From the IMG/VR virus record IMGVR_UViG_641509434_000001, positions 1 through 64,000 of that record: a DNA stretch of 64,000 nt; one strand, written 5' to 3'. This stretch comes from a virus. Its lineage: Duplodnaviria > Caudoviricetes. Below are positions 9,335 through 18,944 of the stretch, one piece after another. The number at the start of each line of letters is the position of its first letter. Positions within the stretch are counted from its first letter, which is position 1. Under the pieces are notes generated by a model, which made no database searches, was not told the DNA's origin, and was given only the letters and a program-made list of their open reading frames with translations. The position numbers were made by a program, and so were the translations under genes.

Positions 9335-9577
9335 ATGGACAAATCATTTATGAACATCGCATCGCTTAAACTTGCTGAATATCTTGGCTGTGAACAAGAA
9401 GACATTTATGTAGTATGGATGAGTAAGAATCTTCAAAACATCAAAGGTATGTTCTCAAGTGATGTACCTGCTGCAAAAGGCATGTACTATGAGCTTACTT
9501 ACAATGGAGACAAGAAAGAACTCTACATTGATAGTTATAAGAAACAAAAGAACGAATGCATTAAAGTAGAATTATAG
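9335..9577 (+). CDS. DUF6275-like phage protein
   Basis: YVVW.SK.LQN.KG...GMYYELTYNGDKKELYIDSYKK signature. Confidence 0.75.
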   Translation: MDKSFMNIASLKLAEYLGCEQEDIYVVWMSKNLQNIKGMFSSDVPAAKGMYYELTYNGDKKELYIDSYKKQKNECIKVEL

Positions 9578-9587
9578 GAGAAATGAA

Positions 9588-9890
9588 ATGACTGAATTTG
9601 ATGCACAACAAGAATTGCTGTATGCTATTGAAACTTCAACTATAACAATGACTTCAGCAATCAACCTTCTAGAAAAAACAATGCCAAAAAGGCCAGAACA
9701 AAAAGTTTCTGGATACATAGATTTATTGTCTAGACTTAACGAGTCCGTAGGTCGCAATAATATGCTTGCACAGTTAATTAAGTCTGATGAACGTAAGAAA
9801 ATGGAAGAGAAACTTGAAGCAGAACGTAAGAAGAAAAAGAAACTTGAAGAAGCTGCTATCATTAATAATTTTAAAGAGGGGACTAAATAA
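9588..9890 (+). CDS. hypothetical coiled-coil protein
   Basis: GGAG RBS. Confidence 0.7.
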   Translation: MTEFDAQQELLYAIETSTITMTSAINLLEKTMPKRPEQKVSGYIDLLSRLNESVGRNNMLAQLIKSDERKKMEEKLEAERKKKKKLEEAAIINNFKEGTK

Positions 9891-10189
9891 TGCCAACCAA
9901 TCTACCAAAAGCTAATTTGCCTTACTATGCAAACCAGCATGGTATTCAACTAAAAGAATTCATGACAGAGTATGACAAATTCTTATACACTCAAGGATGT
10001 TATTGGTCTGCATTGAAGTATCACATTCGTGCTGGTAAGAAAGAAGGCGAATCACTTGCTAAAGATATTAAGAAACGTGATGACTACATCAATGACTTGA
10101 TTGCATTGGACTGGTTAAATAATAAAGAAGAAATCATTGAAGAACTTGAATACACCAATAACAAATTTGAGAACTATAGAGGAAAATAA
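9890..10189 (+). CDS. DUF3310-like protein
   Basis: ALKYHIRAGKKEGESLAKDIKK matches the KY..RAGxK...D..KA signature. Confidence 0.65.
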   Translation: MPTNLPKANLPYYANQHGIQLKEFMTEYDKFLYTQGCYWSALKYHIRAGKKEGESLAKDIKKRDDYINDLIALDWLNNKEEIIEELEYTNNKFENYRGK

Positions 10190-10190
10190 C

Positions 10191-10643
10191 ATGAATAATT
10201 CTAATAATGAGGACTTGAGTATAAGTAAATTAAAATTACTGGAAACACATGATTATGTAGCTCCATCCTTAGTAAATGCATATATTGATGATAGAGCTAA
10301 GCGTAAACGCTTCGTAAATTACTGTAATTCAAATCATATACCTACAAATATTTATCACAAGAAAGAATGCAACAAAGAACTAGTAAAACATATTCTTAGT
10401 ACAACTCCAGTAGATATAACTAATCTAATTAAGTCTGAAATAAGCCCGGAACTTATAGATAACTTGACACTAGATCAATATATAGACCTTGCTTTAGATC
10501 CAAATTGCACTAAAGTATATCTTAAGGAGTTTGCTTTTAATGAACACTTCGCAGTAAGTAGCTTTACTCCTAATAGGCTCTCTGTGTTCAATGCAAGATT
10601 CAGGGTACACGATGATATAGTTGACTGGCGACAAAAGCACTGA
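10191..10643 (+). CDS. hypothetical protein
   Basis: GAGG RBS before ATG 10191. Confidence 0.65.
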   Translation: MNNSNNEDLSISKLKLLETHDYVAPSLVNAYIDDRAKRKRFVNYCNSNHIPTNIYHKKECNKELVKHILSTTPVDITNLIKSEISPELIDNLTLDQYIDLALDPNCTKVYLKEFAFNEHFAVSSFTPNRLSVFNARFRVHDDIVDWRQKH

Positions 10644-10668
10644 GATACAAAAATAACTATTATATAAA
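10642..10668 (+). promoter_or_regulatory. phage RNAP promoter (27-bp family)
   Basis: gagatacaaaaataactattatataaa. Confidence 0.6.
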
Positions 10669-10692
10669 TAAAGAAAGAAGAGAATTAATAAA

Positions 10693-11733
10693 ATGGCAGA
10701 ATTAGTAACAGCATCAGTTGAAGAAGCAGTAAATGCAACATTTAAGTACTTCGACGAATTTGAAAACAATGATAATCTTAAGTATAATGAAAGATTTGTG
10801 CCTATCTTCATATCTAGACCTGGAGTAGGTAAGTCAGCATCAATTGCTGCTAAATCAGCAGAACGTGGTCGTAAGTTAATCACATTGAATCTTGCATGTA
10901 TTGAACCAGTAGATATCTTAGGACTTGGTGCACGTGAGAAAATCAATGGTAAATGGATAACTAGAACAGCCTTGCCTGAGTGGGCAATGAGTGCACTACA
11001 AGGCAATTGTGATATTCTTGTTGATGAATTCAACAACTGTCAACCAGAAACTCTTGCAGGTTTCCAAATCATGTTCTCAGCATTTGAAATCAATGGTTGG
11101 CAACTTCCAAAGACAACACACATTATTGGTGCATGCAACCCTCCTGGGGATGATGCATTAGTTGCTGCTAATCAATTATCTGGTGCCTTCCGTAGACGTT
11201 TAAGTTTCATTCCAATTGCTGATACATTTGAATGGGTTGAAACTAAGTACAAATTCAAAGTTCCACTTGACTTCCGTAAACAAGATATGCTACCTATCTC
11301 AGAATACATCAACTATCAAGGGGTCAACTCTGCCAATGTAGATGATATGATGAGAATATGTGAAACTAGCTCACTTACTAACAAAGAGAAATACTTATTA
11401 GTAGAAGGACTTGGATCTAAAGTACGAGCTCTTGCCTCTAAACTTGGTAAACTTACTGAAGAAATGATTGAATATGAAGTACTTCGTTCTGACGACGGCT
11501 TCACTTATAAAGACTGGGTATCTGATCCTGTAGATGAACCTGAAATCATGACTCAAATGGGCTGGATGAATCGTAGACTTACAAGTACTAGTACATATTC
11601 CCGTGCTAAAGGCTTCGTAGGTAGAATCAAGAATGTTCAAGTATATAATGCTGCATTTGACATATTAAATGAAAAATTCGAAGCAGATATTGTAACAGAT
11701 GACACTAAACTGTCTAGAATGGAAACTAAGTAA
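10693..11733 (+). CDS. MoxR-type AAA+ ATPase
   Basis: Walker A SRPGVGKS, Walker B ILVDEFN, sensor-1 GACNP, arginine finger AFRRR. Confidence 0.85.
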   Translation: MAELVTASVEEAVNATFKYFDEFENNDNLKYNERFVPIFISRPGVGKSASIAAKSAERGRKLITLNLACIEPVDILGLGAREKINGKWITRTALPEWAMSALQGNCDILVDEFNNCQPETLAGFQIMFSAFEINGWQLPKTTHIIGACNPPGDDALVAANQLSGAFRRRLSFIPIADTFEWVETKYKFKVPLDFRKQDMLPISEYINYQGVNSANVDDMMRICETSSLTNKEKYLLVEGLGSKVRALASKLGKLTEEMIEYEVLRSDDGFTYKDWVSDPVDEPEIMTQMGWMNRRLTSTSTYSRAKGFVGRIKNVQVYNAAFDILNEKFEADIVTDDTKLSRMETK

Positions 11734-11735
11734 TC

Positions 11736-13550
11736 ATGGCTGTACCGCACGTTAAACGTAACTTTAAATATGGGGATTTATATAATTCAGAAGCTGAGGT
11801 ATTAGATTCGAACAAAGAGGACGTTGTACTCTCTTATGAAGATCTAGCAGCTTACAAAATTGGTAGAGACTATCTTAATTTCATATTTGAAAATGACTTT
11901 ACTATTCATCTTATGTATAAATTCCCAGATGGTGATCCTCAAATCGCTTATACTACATTAGATACAAAAGATATGTATATCAATGGGAACTATCCTACAA
12001 ACATCATATCATCATTGCTGAAACATGAACTAGGTCACTTCATGATATTTGGAACTGACCAACCTTACTCAAAAGACGATTACTCAGTTAGATCCTTAAT
12101 TGTTAAGGAAGTCTACAGTAGATTCAATTTAAAGAAATATTCAGTAGAATTCTTGATGCATATTGAAAATGTAATTCAAGATATTATCATTGAAACGCTA
12201 AACTACCCTGAATGTGTATGTGAAACATTTCATATATATGGTCTAGATAAGAAAGGTGTCAAACATCAACCTTACTTAGATCCAATATCAGATGTAGTTA
12301 AAGAAGCTCTTAAGACTCAACTAGCATTAGCTGAAGATAAAAGATCTTATGTTGACAGTGAAATTGCTCAGAAGATGAAAGATTTCTTGGAAGAAAGCTT
12401 AAATGATGCTATTGCTACTATGAATGGTATCTCAGATAGATATATAAAGAGAGAAGCTAAAGATCAACTTAAAAGTCAAATCACAAGAATTAAGAATAAA
12501 ATCAATAAAAAAGATGATAAACTTAAGGAACTTCAAAGACTTAAAAATGCTGGAAGACCAATACCTGATAAGTTGATAGATAAAGTCAAAAACCAACTTG
12601 AAGAACTTAAAGATAAAGTATCTAATGAAGCACTAAAGGATGAACTTAGAAGAATTGTAGATAGAAATAAGAATAGACGTGATAAGGAAATTGCTAAACT
12701 GGAAGAAACTAAGAAAGCTCTTCAACACAACCCTGGACCACCTGAACATATAGATGAACGTGAGGGAGATGGTCATTCTTGCTCAACTTACATTCCTTCA
12801 AAAGACTCTATCAAAATCTCAAATAAAATGTATAAGATGTCTTATACTAAACTTAAGAACAAATTGTTCAAGTTGAGACAAATCGAGTCTCCTAAGACAT
12901 TTGATAAGGGAATGGCATCTGACAAAGATGGTAATATCTTGACACCTAAGAGAGAAAATACTTACACTAGAACTTCTAAACTTGAATATGACAATACTGA
13001 CATGTTACAAGGTAAGAAGAAGAAACGTTCATCAGGTGTATCTATTTTGATTGGACTAGATGTATCTGGCTCAATGAACAGTCAATGGGTATCTAAATTC
13101 AATGACACTGTTAAACTTATCAAATCTGTGTCTAAGTCACTTCAAATTCAAGAACCTGTAATGTTTACTTATGGTGACAGGCTTGGTACTGTATCTAGTA
13201 GTGAACACACAATTCAAGAAGCTATCAGAGAAAGATCTGGTGGTGGAGGTAATGCCTTCGGTAAAGTATATGAACAACTTATTCGAGAAGCACCAATATC
13301 AACATACACGGAAATCATACTGATAACCGACTGTGGTGACAATCTAGGTTGGGACATTCAATCTCCAATTAAAGGTGTAAGTGAGAAAGAACTTAAGATG
13401 CACTGTTCTGTACTTGACACTGATGGAATGATTGCTGACCGACCAGACCAACTATGGCAAAAAGATAAATGGTCATACTACAATACTAACAACATAAATA
13501 TGTCTTCTATTGCTAAGAATATAGCTAAGACAATCAGAACTAACAAATAA
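11736..13550 (+). CDS. HExxH metallopeptidase-like / coiled-coil / vWA protein (DUF2201-like)
   Basis: LLKHELGH; central K/E coiled coil; MIDAS motif DVSGSM and ITD; adjacent to MoxR. Confidence 0.8.
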   Translation: MAVPHVKRNFKYGDLYNSEAEVLDSNKEDVVLSYEDLAAYKIGRDYLNFIFENDFTIHLMYKFPDGDPQIAYTTLDTKDMYINGNYPTNIISSLLKHELGHFMIFGTDQPYSKDDYSVRSLIVKEVYSRFNLKKYSVEFLMHIENVIQDIIIETLNYPECVCETFHIYGLDKKGVKHQPYLDPISDVVKEALKTQLALAEDKRSYVDSEIAQKMKDFLEESLNDAIATMNGISDRYIKREAKDQLKSQITRIKNKINKKDDKLKELQRLKNAGRPIPDKLIDKVKNQLEELKDKVSNEALKDELRRIVDRNKNRRDKEIAKLEETKKALQHNPGPPEHIDEREGDGHSCSTYIPSKDSIKISNKMYKMSYTKLKNKLFKLRQIESPKTFDKGMASDKDGNILTPKRENTYTRTSKLEYDNTDMLQGKKKKRSSGVSILIGLDVSGSMNSQWVSKFNDTVKLIKSVSKSLQIQEPVMFTYGDRLGTVSSSEHTIQEAIRERSGGGGNAFGKVYEQLIREAPISTYTEIILITDCGDNLGWDIQSPIKGVSEKELKMHCSVLDTDGMIADRPDQLWQKDKWSYYNTNNINMSSIAKNIAKTIRTNK

Positions 13551-13556
13551 GAATTG

Positions 13557-13609
13557 GACTGAACTACCTTCGGGTGGTTCGGTCTTATTCTTTCTTTTTT
13601 TTTTTTTTT
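13557..13609 (+). terminator. intrinsic terminator
   Basis: gactgaactacc-TTCG-ggtggttcggtc stem followed by a long T tract. Confidence 0.9.
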
Positions 13610-13615
13610 AGAACA

Positions 13616-13667
13616 AGTTAATATAATTATACTGCTTATCAAAGAACATAACCGCAGGATAACTGCC
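13616..13667 (-). repeat. 52-bp conserved intergenic element, copy C
   Basis: Reverse complement ggcagttatcctgcggttatgttctttgataagcagtataattatattaact aligns without gaps to 3 other copies. Confidence 0.8.
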
Positions 13668-13686
13668 TGATTATCTTACTATTTTC

Positions 13687-13713
13687 TAGATACTATAGTT
13701 ACTAATACAATAT
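13687..13713 (+). promoter_or_regulatory. phage RNAP promoter (27-bp family)
   Basis: tagatactatagttactaatacaatat. Confidence 0.65.
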
Positions 13714-13735
13714 AATAGATAATTAAGGAGAACCT

Positions 13736-14050
13736 ATGACAGTAGATGTAAATGTTACTATTGACGAGGGAGCTTTTACTGACGAAGAAGTCATGGAAGC
13801 TTTACTTAAAATGAGACCAGCATATTTAACAGATCACAGTGAGCCAGTACCTTACTGTGATATTAAAGATATACACTTTTGCTACCCACCTTCAATTATT
13901 AAATGTGCAATAGACTTTGATGAAGCAGGCAATGTAGCAGAAATAGATTTAAATGAAGAAGTTATCAAGGAATTACTTGAAAAAGAAGATACTTCTGAAG
14001 AAAATAAAGAGGAAAAGGAAGAGGAAGATGAGCATAGGTCTATACATTGA
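13736..14050 (+). CDS. highly acidic hypothetical protein
   Basis: AAGGAG RBS; D/E-rich with poly-E tail. Confidence 0.75.
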   Translation: MTVDVNVTIDEGAFTDEEVMEALLKMRPAYLTDHSEPVPYCDIKDIHFCYPPSIIKCAIDFDEAGNVAEIDLNEEVIKELLEKEDTSEENKEEKEEEDEHRSIH

Positions 14051-15506
14051 TGGCGAAATTAGATCATTAGATACTAAAATTGACAAAATGGTTACAAAAA
14101 CAGGTATTTCTGTTGATAATATTAGTGTAGAAGATACTATTCTTATTCATCCAATTGCATTAAATGCTGCTATTCCACGTAATTTGTCTATAGAAGCAAT
14201 CAGTACAGTTTATGAAGAGAACTTTGAATTACTTAGAGAATTATCTGTTGAAGGAGAAAATGCTTTAGGTGGAGCAATGTTTAATGATGTAACAGGATAT
14301 AGAAATCATAGACTTAGAACATTAAGTGATTCTGTCATATTAAATAGACCTCCTGGTACTGACGGTTTTGATGAAGAAGAAAATAAAGAAGATTATGTCT
14401 GGGAGTATGATTGTATGAATGCTTTCATGCATATTATACCATTCAACTTTACCATTGATAAAGAACCTAAACCTCTAGTAAATACTAATAAAGATGGTAA
14501 AAATGGCGCTTCTTACTCTGATAAATATATTCAAGATAGTTGTATTCTTCCAGAGCCATTAAGAATTCATTTAGTTGATTATAGTAAGAAACAAGATAAG
14601 TCTAAAGTAGAAATGTACTATCATAAAGAAGGTAAATATTACTTAAATGCAACAGTAGCAAGTTACTACCGTTACAGAGAAATGAGAAAAACTGACGGAG
14701 ATCTTAAACAGATTGTAAGTTATTTCAATGAGAAGTATAAGTATCTAGGAGAAAATTTAGATTTTTCTAAGTTAGTATATGGTCTATATCTTTCTGGTAT
14801 ATTCTTGAAATTGCCTAAAGAAGAAGCACAAAAACTTAAAACAGCAATGGACTGCATTTCTACAGTTGTGTCAGAATATATACTGACTAATTCTAGTGTT
14901 AGAAAAGCATACATTAATTTAGATAGCATTGTTACTAAAGAGCCTTGGGATGATGATTTTAAGTACAATTTATATAGAGTAAAACAAAAATATGAACCTC
15001 TTACAGGAGGGAATATCATTGAAAGTTTTAAGAATACTCTCAGAATAAACGAACTACAGTATTTTACAAGAGATGAAAATATTCCCTCTATTATGGGTTG
15101 GTACTCTGCTGATATTGAAAGAATACTTAAGAATTATCCTGACTACAAAGCCTATCATATTGATATTCATGCAGCTTATGTTAATATTGCTAAAGAATTA
15201 GCTAATATTAACATAACTAAAAATGAAACTGGAAAAATCAAGTCAGCTAACCCATATCTGTATCAAGAAATTTGTGATAGAATCTCTAAGAGGAGTATCT
15301 ATCTTACACATTATTTTGAAGATCAAATGACTGTATTCTGGCAAACAGATGGTGGACTTTGCTTAATAAAAGACAACATAGATGTTACAAACATGATAGA
15401 AGAAAATCAAGATGTTGTAATAGAACAAGTTGTAGGTAGAACTGTACATAAACTACCAAGAAGCTATAAACATAGATTTTTTACCACAAACTATGTTGGC
15501 TTCTAA
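14028..15506 (+). CDS. protein with two degenerate PolB-like palm motif sets
   Basis: WEYDCMNAF...YINLDSI and YHIDIHAAY...WQTDGG; start at the ATG after GAGG; family call tentative. Confidence 0.45.
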   Translation: MSIGLYIDGEIRSLDTKIDKMVTKTGISVDNISVEDTILIHPIALNAAIPRNLSIEAISTVYEENFELLRELSVEGENALGGAMFNDVTGYRNHRLRTLSDSVILNRPPGTDGFDEEENKEDYVWEYDCMNAFMHIIPFNFTIDKEPKPLVNTNKDGKNGASYSDKYIQDSCILPEPLRIHLVDYSKKQDKSKVEMYYHKEGKYYLNATVASYYRYREMRKTDGDLKQIVSYFNEKYKYLGENLDFSKLVYGLYLSGIFLKLPKEEAQKLKTAMDCISTVVSEYILTNSSVRKAYINLDSIVTKEPWDDDFKYNLYRVKQKYEPLTGGNIIESFKNTLRINELQYFTRDENIPSIMGWYSADIERILKNYPDYKAYHIDIHAAYVNIAKELANINITKNETGKIKSANPYLYQEICDRISKRSIYLTHYFEDQMTVFWQTDGGLCLIKDNIDVTNMIEENQDVVIEQVVGRTVHKLPRSYKHRFFTTNYVGF

Positions 15507-15702
15507 TAGAATATTTGCTTACTCTATATTTGTAGGAAAATCTAAGAAAGATAGTACAATAAGTCAATATTATGCAAATAACTTCAAACTTTATTTGAAG
15601 AACATAATAAAAAATAATAGTATAAAAGGAGTAGTAGATCTAGACATGTATGGTCTAATTAAGACTATAAGTGAGTTTAGCAATAATAATGATGGAAAAT
15701 AG
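15493..15702 (+). CDS. hypothetical protein
   Basis: ORF track; overlaps neighbours. Confidence 0.45.
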   Translation: MLASNRIFAYSIFVGKSKKDSTISQYYANNFKLYLKNIIKNNSIKGVVDLDMYGLIKTISEFSNNNDGK

Positions 15703-15973
15703 TAAGTCAATAAAAAATGCTAGTAAGATTTTCACCTTAAGGTTTCAACTAGATTTAGATGAAATAAAAGAACTCAATGGTACATCTATTCAAGAAAACA
15801 AAGAATTCGCTTATAGAATTGATCATTCTGATGGGAAACATATTCATTCTGAGTTTTACTTTACTGAAGAATTTCTTAAATATGAAGATTTAATACTTAA
15901 GCATTTTGAAATGGAAGGCCTAGTAAATATACCAATGTATATAATGATAGACATCCTTTCTGGTTACCAGTGA
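15671..15973 (+). CDS. hypothetical protein
   Basis: ORF track; start uncertain. Confidence 0.55.
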   Translation: MSLAIIMMENSKSIKNASKIFTLRFQLDLDEIKELNGTSIQENKEFAYRIDHSDGKHIHSEFYFTEEFLKYEDLILKHFEMEGLVNIPMYIMIDILSGYQ

Positions 15974-15986
15974 TTGGAGGTTATAA

Positions 15987-18449
15987 TTGGTAGATTTAAA
16001 CAAATTATCTGGGTTTGGGCAAAGAACTCTAGATAGCATATTCACAAGATCAAAACTAGAAAGTATGGTTGAAGAATATGAAAAAACAAAAATGAAAGAA
16101 ACTATTGAAGATGCTGTAATTGATGAATTGCTATCTATTAGTAGCGTACCTACAGGAACAGTATCAATTCCTAACTTGAAATTGTCTTCTTCTAAAGTAG
16201 GAGATGAAGAATGGGAAGTAGAGATTAGCGGTGTTATTCAATCAACTATAGTTAAGAAAGGTATATGGTCTCCTTCGATAATGGTAAAACTAGAAGGCGT
16301 AGTCCCTAGAGAAAGACCAGTTATCAATGGTAAAATACCAGCATCTTCAGTAAAAGAAGACGAAGTAAACTCTGATTTATCAAACCCTAGATTAAGTACA
16401 TTAGGTCTGTCTAGAGATGAAGTATCTAACATAAAGAAATTTCTTGACAAAGAGGGCATTAGATATAAAGACAATTCTGACATGGGTCTGAATCAATATA
16501 TTGAATTACGAGACATTCCTATGTCATCTGACTTATCTTCATTAGGTACATATTCAGGTAGAATAACTTACCCAACAACGCAAGATTCTACAGACATGGG
16601 GATTACCCCCTTTGATCCTAGAACCCTTACATTGTCAAACCCCACAATTGAATCTATTGCTGAGGGTAGCAAAGAAAAATTAGCTAACTCAAAAGCAGCT
16701 TCTATTATGTCTGACACGCCATTGAAAGTTTCTGAAGAATATGCAAAATCATTACCAGATGTTGTAAGTGGTAATGCTGATGCTGTACACAGTCAACTGA
16801 CAAAACTTAGGTCTGATGACTTTAAGCGACTTAAGAATGCAGCAACTGAGTTAGAACCTTACATGAAAGATTCTAAATTTGCGGAAGCAGCAAGTAAAGG
16901 TAAGTCATTTGAGTATCAAGAACAACTGTCTGATAGTGACAATAAGAAAATTGAAGCAATTAGAAAAAGATACAGTATTGATGCTGATGATTTGAAGAAG
17001 ATTGCTATGTTTGACAAGAACAATCTTAAACTTTCAGATGGTCGTAATCTTAACATTCTTACTGATACAGAATCTTTTAGTGAGTCTAAATCATTATCAA
17101 ATAATGCAAGACGTAAAAGTGACAATAAGATGAACTTCTCACTTCACACTATTAATGGTGAACGTATGTATGTTTATGGTGGTGACTCATTCTTGGACAA
17201 TACAGACTTACGGGAAAATATTGCATTTGAACCTAATAAGAAAAAAGCAAAACAAATTGCTTTATCTGAGAAAAAGATGAAAGAATATAACAGAAATCTT
17301 AATGAAGCATTAGGTGGAGCTCTTATTGAGGATAAAGTCATCAATGGTGGTAAACATAAATATCGCAGTGATGAACTTGAAAACTTTGCAAAAGACTTCA
17401 TGAAATCTGATATTGACTATGATAATCTTTCTCCACGTATTAAGACACTTATTAATGCTAAGAAGAAAGCAGAAAAAGGTGAGGTTGATACATCTACAGC
17501 AGTCACACTTGATGCGACCTTCTCTGGACTTGTTGTAACGTCAGGTATTCTTGGTCGTAAAGATGGACTTGATAAGGTCAACATTGTACCAGAAGGTGAA
17601 AAAGTAGGAGAAATGCATGACTTATATACTGAAGTCGGTAAAGACTTAATTAAAGATCTTACTGAGTATGGTATGGATAGTCATGCAGCACGTAAATTAG
17701 TTAAACCAGGTGTCATGCCTGCAATGTATAACTCTTCTCAACGTGCACGTGCTACAAAACTTAGGGAAGAACTTAAAGACTATTTCCATGAGAAAACTGA
17801 CATGAGTGAATCTGAGATTAAGGAAGCAATTACTAAATTGAATCCAAACATTCAGAAGACAACTCAAGATGCGACAACTATTCTTATGGGTAAAGTCAAT
17901 CCTAAAAGTATCATTGGTTTGAATAAGAAAGGCATTGTTAAATTATACAAACCAAAAGAAGGTACAGAACATGAAGGAGAAGTAGAAGAAATTAAGAACC
18001 CTACTGAAGATGACTTATTTCAAGTTTCGGCTTATAAGATTAAGCATCCAGATGGCAAAGTTTCATATTCTGCTAGAACTGAAAACAAAGTATCTAGAAC
18101 TGTTGATGGTAAAATCTCAGTATCAAAAGATGCACTTTCAGTACCTTATGCTAAAGTCAATAAGATTGATAAGAATGGTAAAGCAAAATCACGTGATAAT
18201 ATGGGACTATTGATGAACTCAATGGCTCCAGGTATTGCACGTCACATGGACTCATATGTAGCTTCTACAGTTATCGAGAAAATGCATGACAAAGGTGTCC
18301 CAATCGTCACAGTTCATGACGCGATGATTGTTCCAGTATATGCAATGAACACTCTTAAAGATACTTACAATGACGCAGTCAACTCTCTATATAAATATAC
18401 TGGTTCAGATATCAGAGTGGATGCTAGAAATAACTTGAGTGTGGAATAA
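15987..18449 (+). CDS. second single-subunit RNA polymerase (divergent; candidate virion RNAP)
   Basis: GGAGG + TTG start; NGERMY (DxRGRxY equivalent), motif A TLDATFSG, motif B ARKLVKPGVMPAMYN, APGIARHMDS, motif C VTVHDA. Confidence 0.85.
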   Translation: MVDLNKLSGFGQRTLDSIFTRSKLESMVEEYEKTKMKETIEDAVIDELLSISSVPTGTVSIPNLKLSSSKVGDEEWEVEISGVIQSTIVKKGIWSPSIMVKLEGVVPRERPVINGKIPASSVKEDEVNSDLSNPRLSTLGLSRDEVSNIKKFLDKEGIRYKDNSDMGLNQYIELRDIPMSSDLSSLGTYSGRITYPTTQDSTDMGITPFDPRTLTLSNPTIESIAEGSKEKLANSKAASIMSDTPLKVSEEYAKSLPDVVSGNADAVHSQLTKLRSDDFKRLKNAATELEPYMKDSKFAEAASKGKSFEYQEQLSDSDNKKIEAIRKRYSIDADDLKKIAMFDKNNLKLSDGRNLNILTDTESFSESKSLSNNARRKSDNKMNFSLHTINGERMYVYGGDSFLDNTDLRENIAFEPNKKKAKQIALSEKKMKEYNRNLNEALGGALIEDKVINGGKHKYRSDELENFAKDFMKSDIDYDNLSPRIKTLINAKKKAEKGEVDTSTAVTLDATFSGLVVTSGILGRKDGLDKVNIVPEGEKVGEMHDLYTEVGKDLIKDLTEYGMDSHAARKLVKPGVMPAMYNSSQRARATKLREELKDYFHEKTDMSESEIKEAITKLNPNIQKTTQDATTILMGKVNPKSIIGLNKKGIVKLYKPKEGTEHEGEVEEIKNPTEDDLFQVSAYKIKHPDGKVSYSARTENKVSRTVDGKISVSKDALSVPYAKVNKIDKNGKAKSRDNMGLLMNSMAPGIARHMDSYVASTVIEKMHDKGVPIVTVHDAMIVPVYAMNTLKDTYNDAVNSLYKYTGSDIRVDARNNLSVE

Positions 18450-18877
18450 TGGCATTTTTCAGTGGTTTTATGATGAGAGATGATAAGTTCTATGCAAAAG
18501 TTTTTCATGACACAGACTATCTCCTCATTGATATGAATACAGGAAAAGAGTACACATCTAAAGATGATTTCGATTTGTTAGATGAAGAGAGCACAAGAAC
18601 TCTCAGAGGTGGCATATTCGCTTACATTTATAGTGATGTACTTTTTCAAGTAGGTTTAGCTTTGACTAAACAACAATATAGGTTAGCAAAAATGCTACAT
18701 AGTGCTGTATGTAACTACATTGAGCAGGAATACTTTGGATATGAAAGCCTTGTAGAATCATTGAGCATAGACTTCTCAGTTACTGTGTTTGCAGGAACAT
18801 GTAGAATTGTTGATCATAGCAACCCCAAAAAGGAACTAGTAAAAGCATGGAAAAATGCTTGTGACTGGATATCTTGA
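18449..18877 (+). CDS. hypothetical protein
   Basis: Coupled to RNAP2 (TAATG). Confidence 0.7.
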   Translation: MAFFSGFMMRDDKFYAKVFHDTDYLLIDMNTGKEYTSKDDFDLLDEESTRTLRGGIFAYIYSDVLFQVGLALTKQQYRLAKMLHSAVCNYIEQEYFGYESLVESLSIDFSVTVFAGTCRIVDHSNPKKELVKAWKNACDWIS

Positions 18878-18886
18878 GTGGTTTTC

Positions 18887-18913
18887 GAGATACAAAAATT
18901 ACTAATAACATTA
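18887..18913 (+). promoter_or_regulatory. phage RNAP promoter (27-bp family)
   Basis: gagatacaaaaattactaataacatta. Confidence 0.65.
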
Positions 18914-18944
18914 ATTAGCAAAACTACTAGAAAGGAGATTAGCT

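Noticed and set aside
13595-13609. Long poly-T tract as a contingency locus
   Set aside because: It is the U-tail of an intrinsic terminator; its length may be imprecise.
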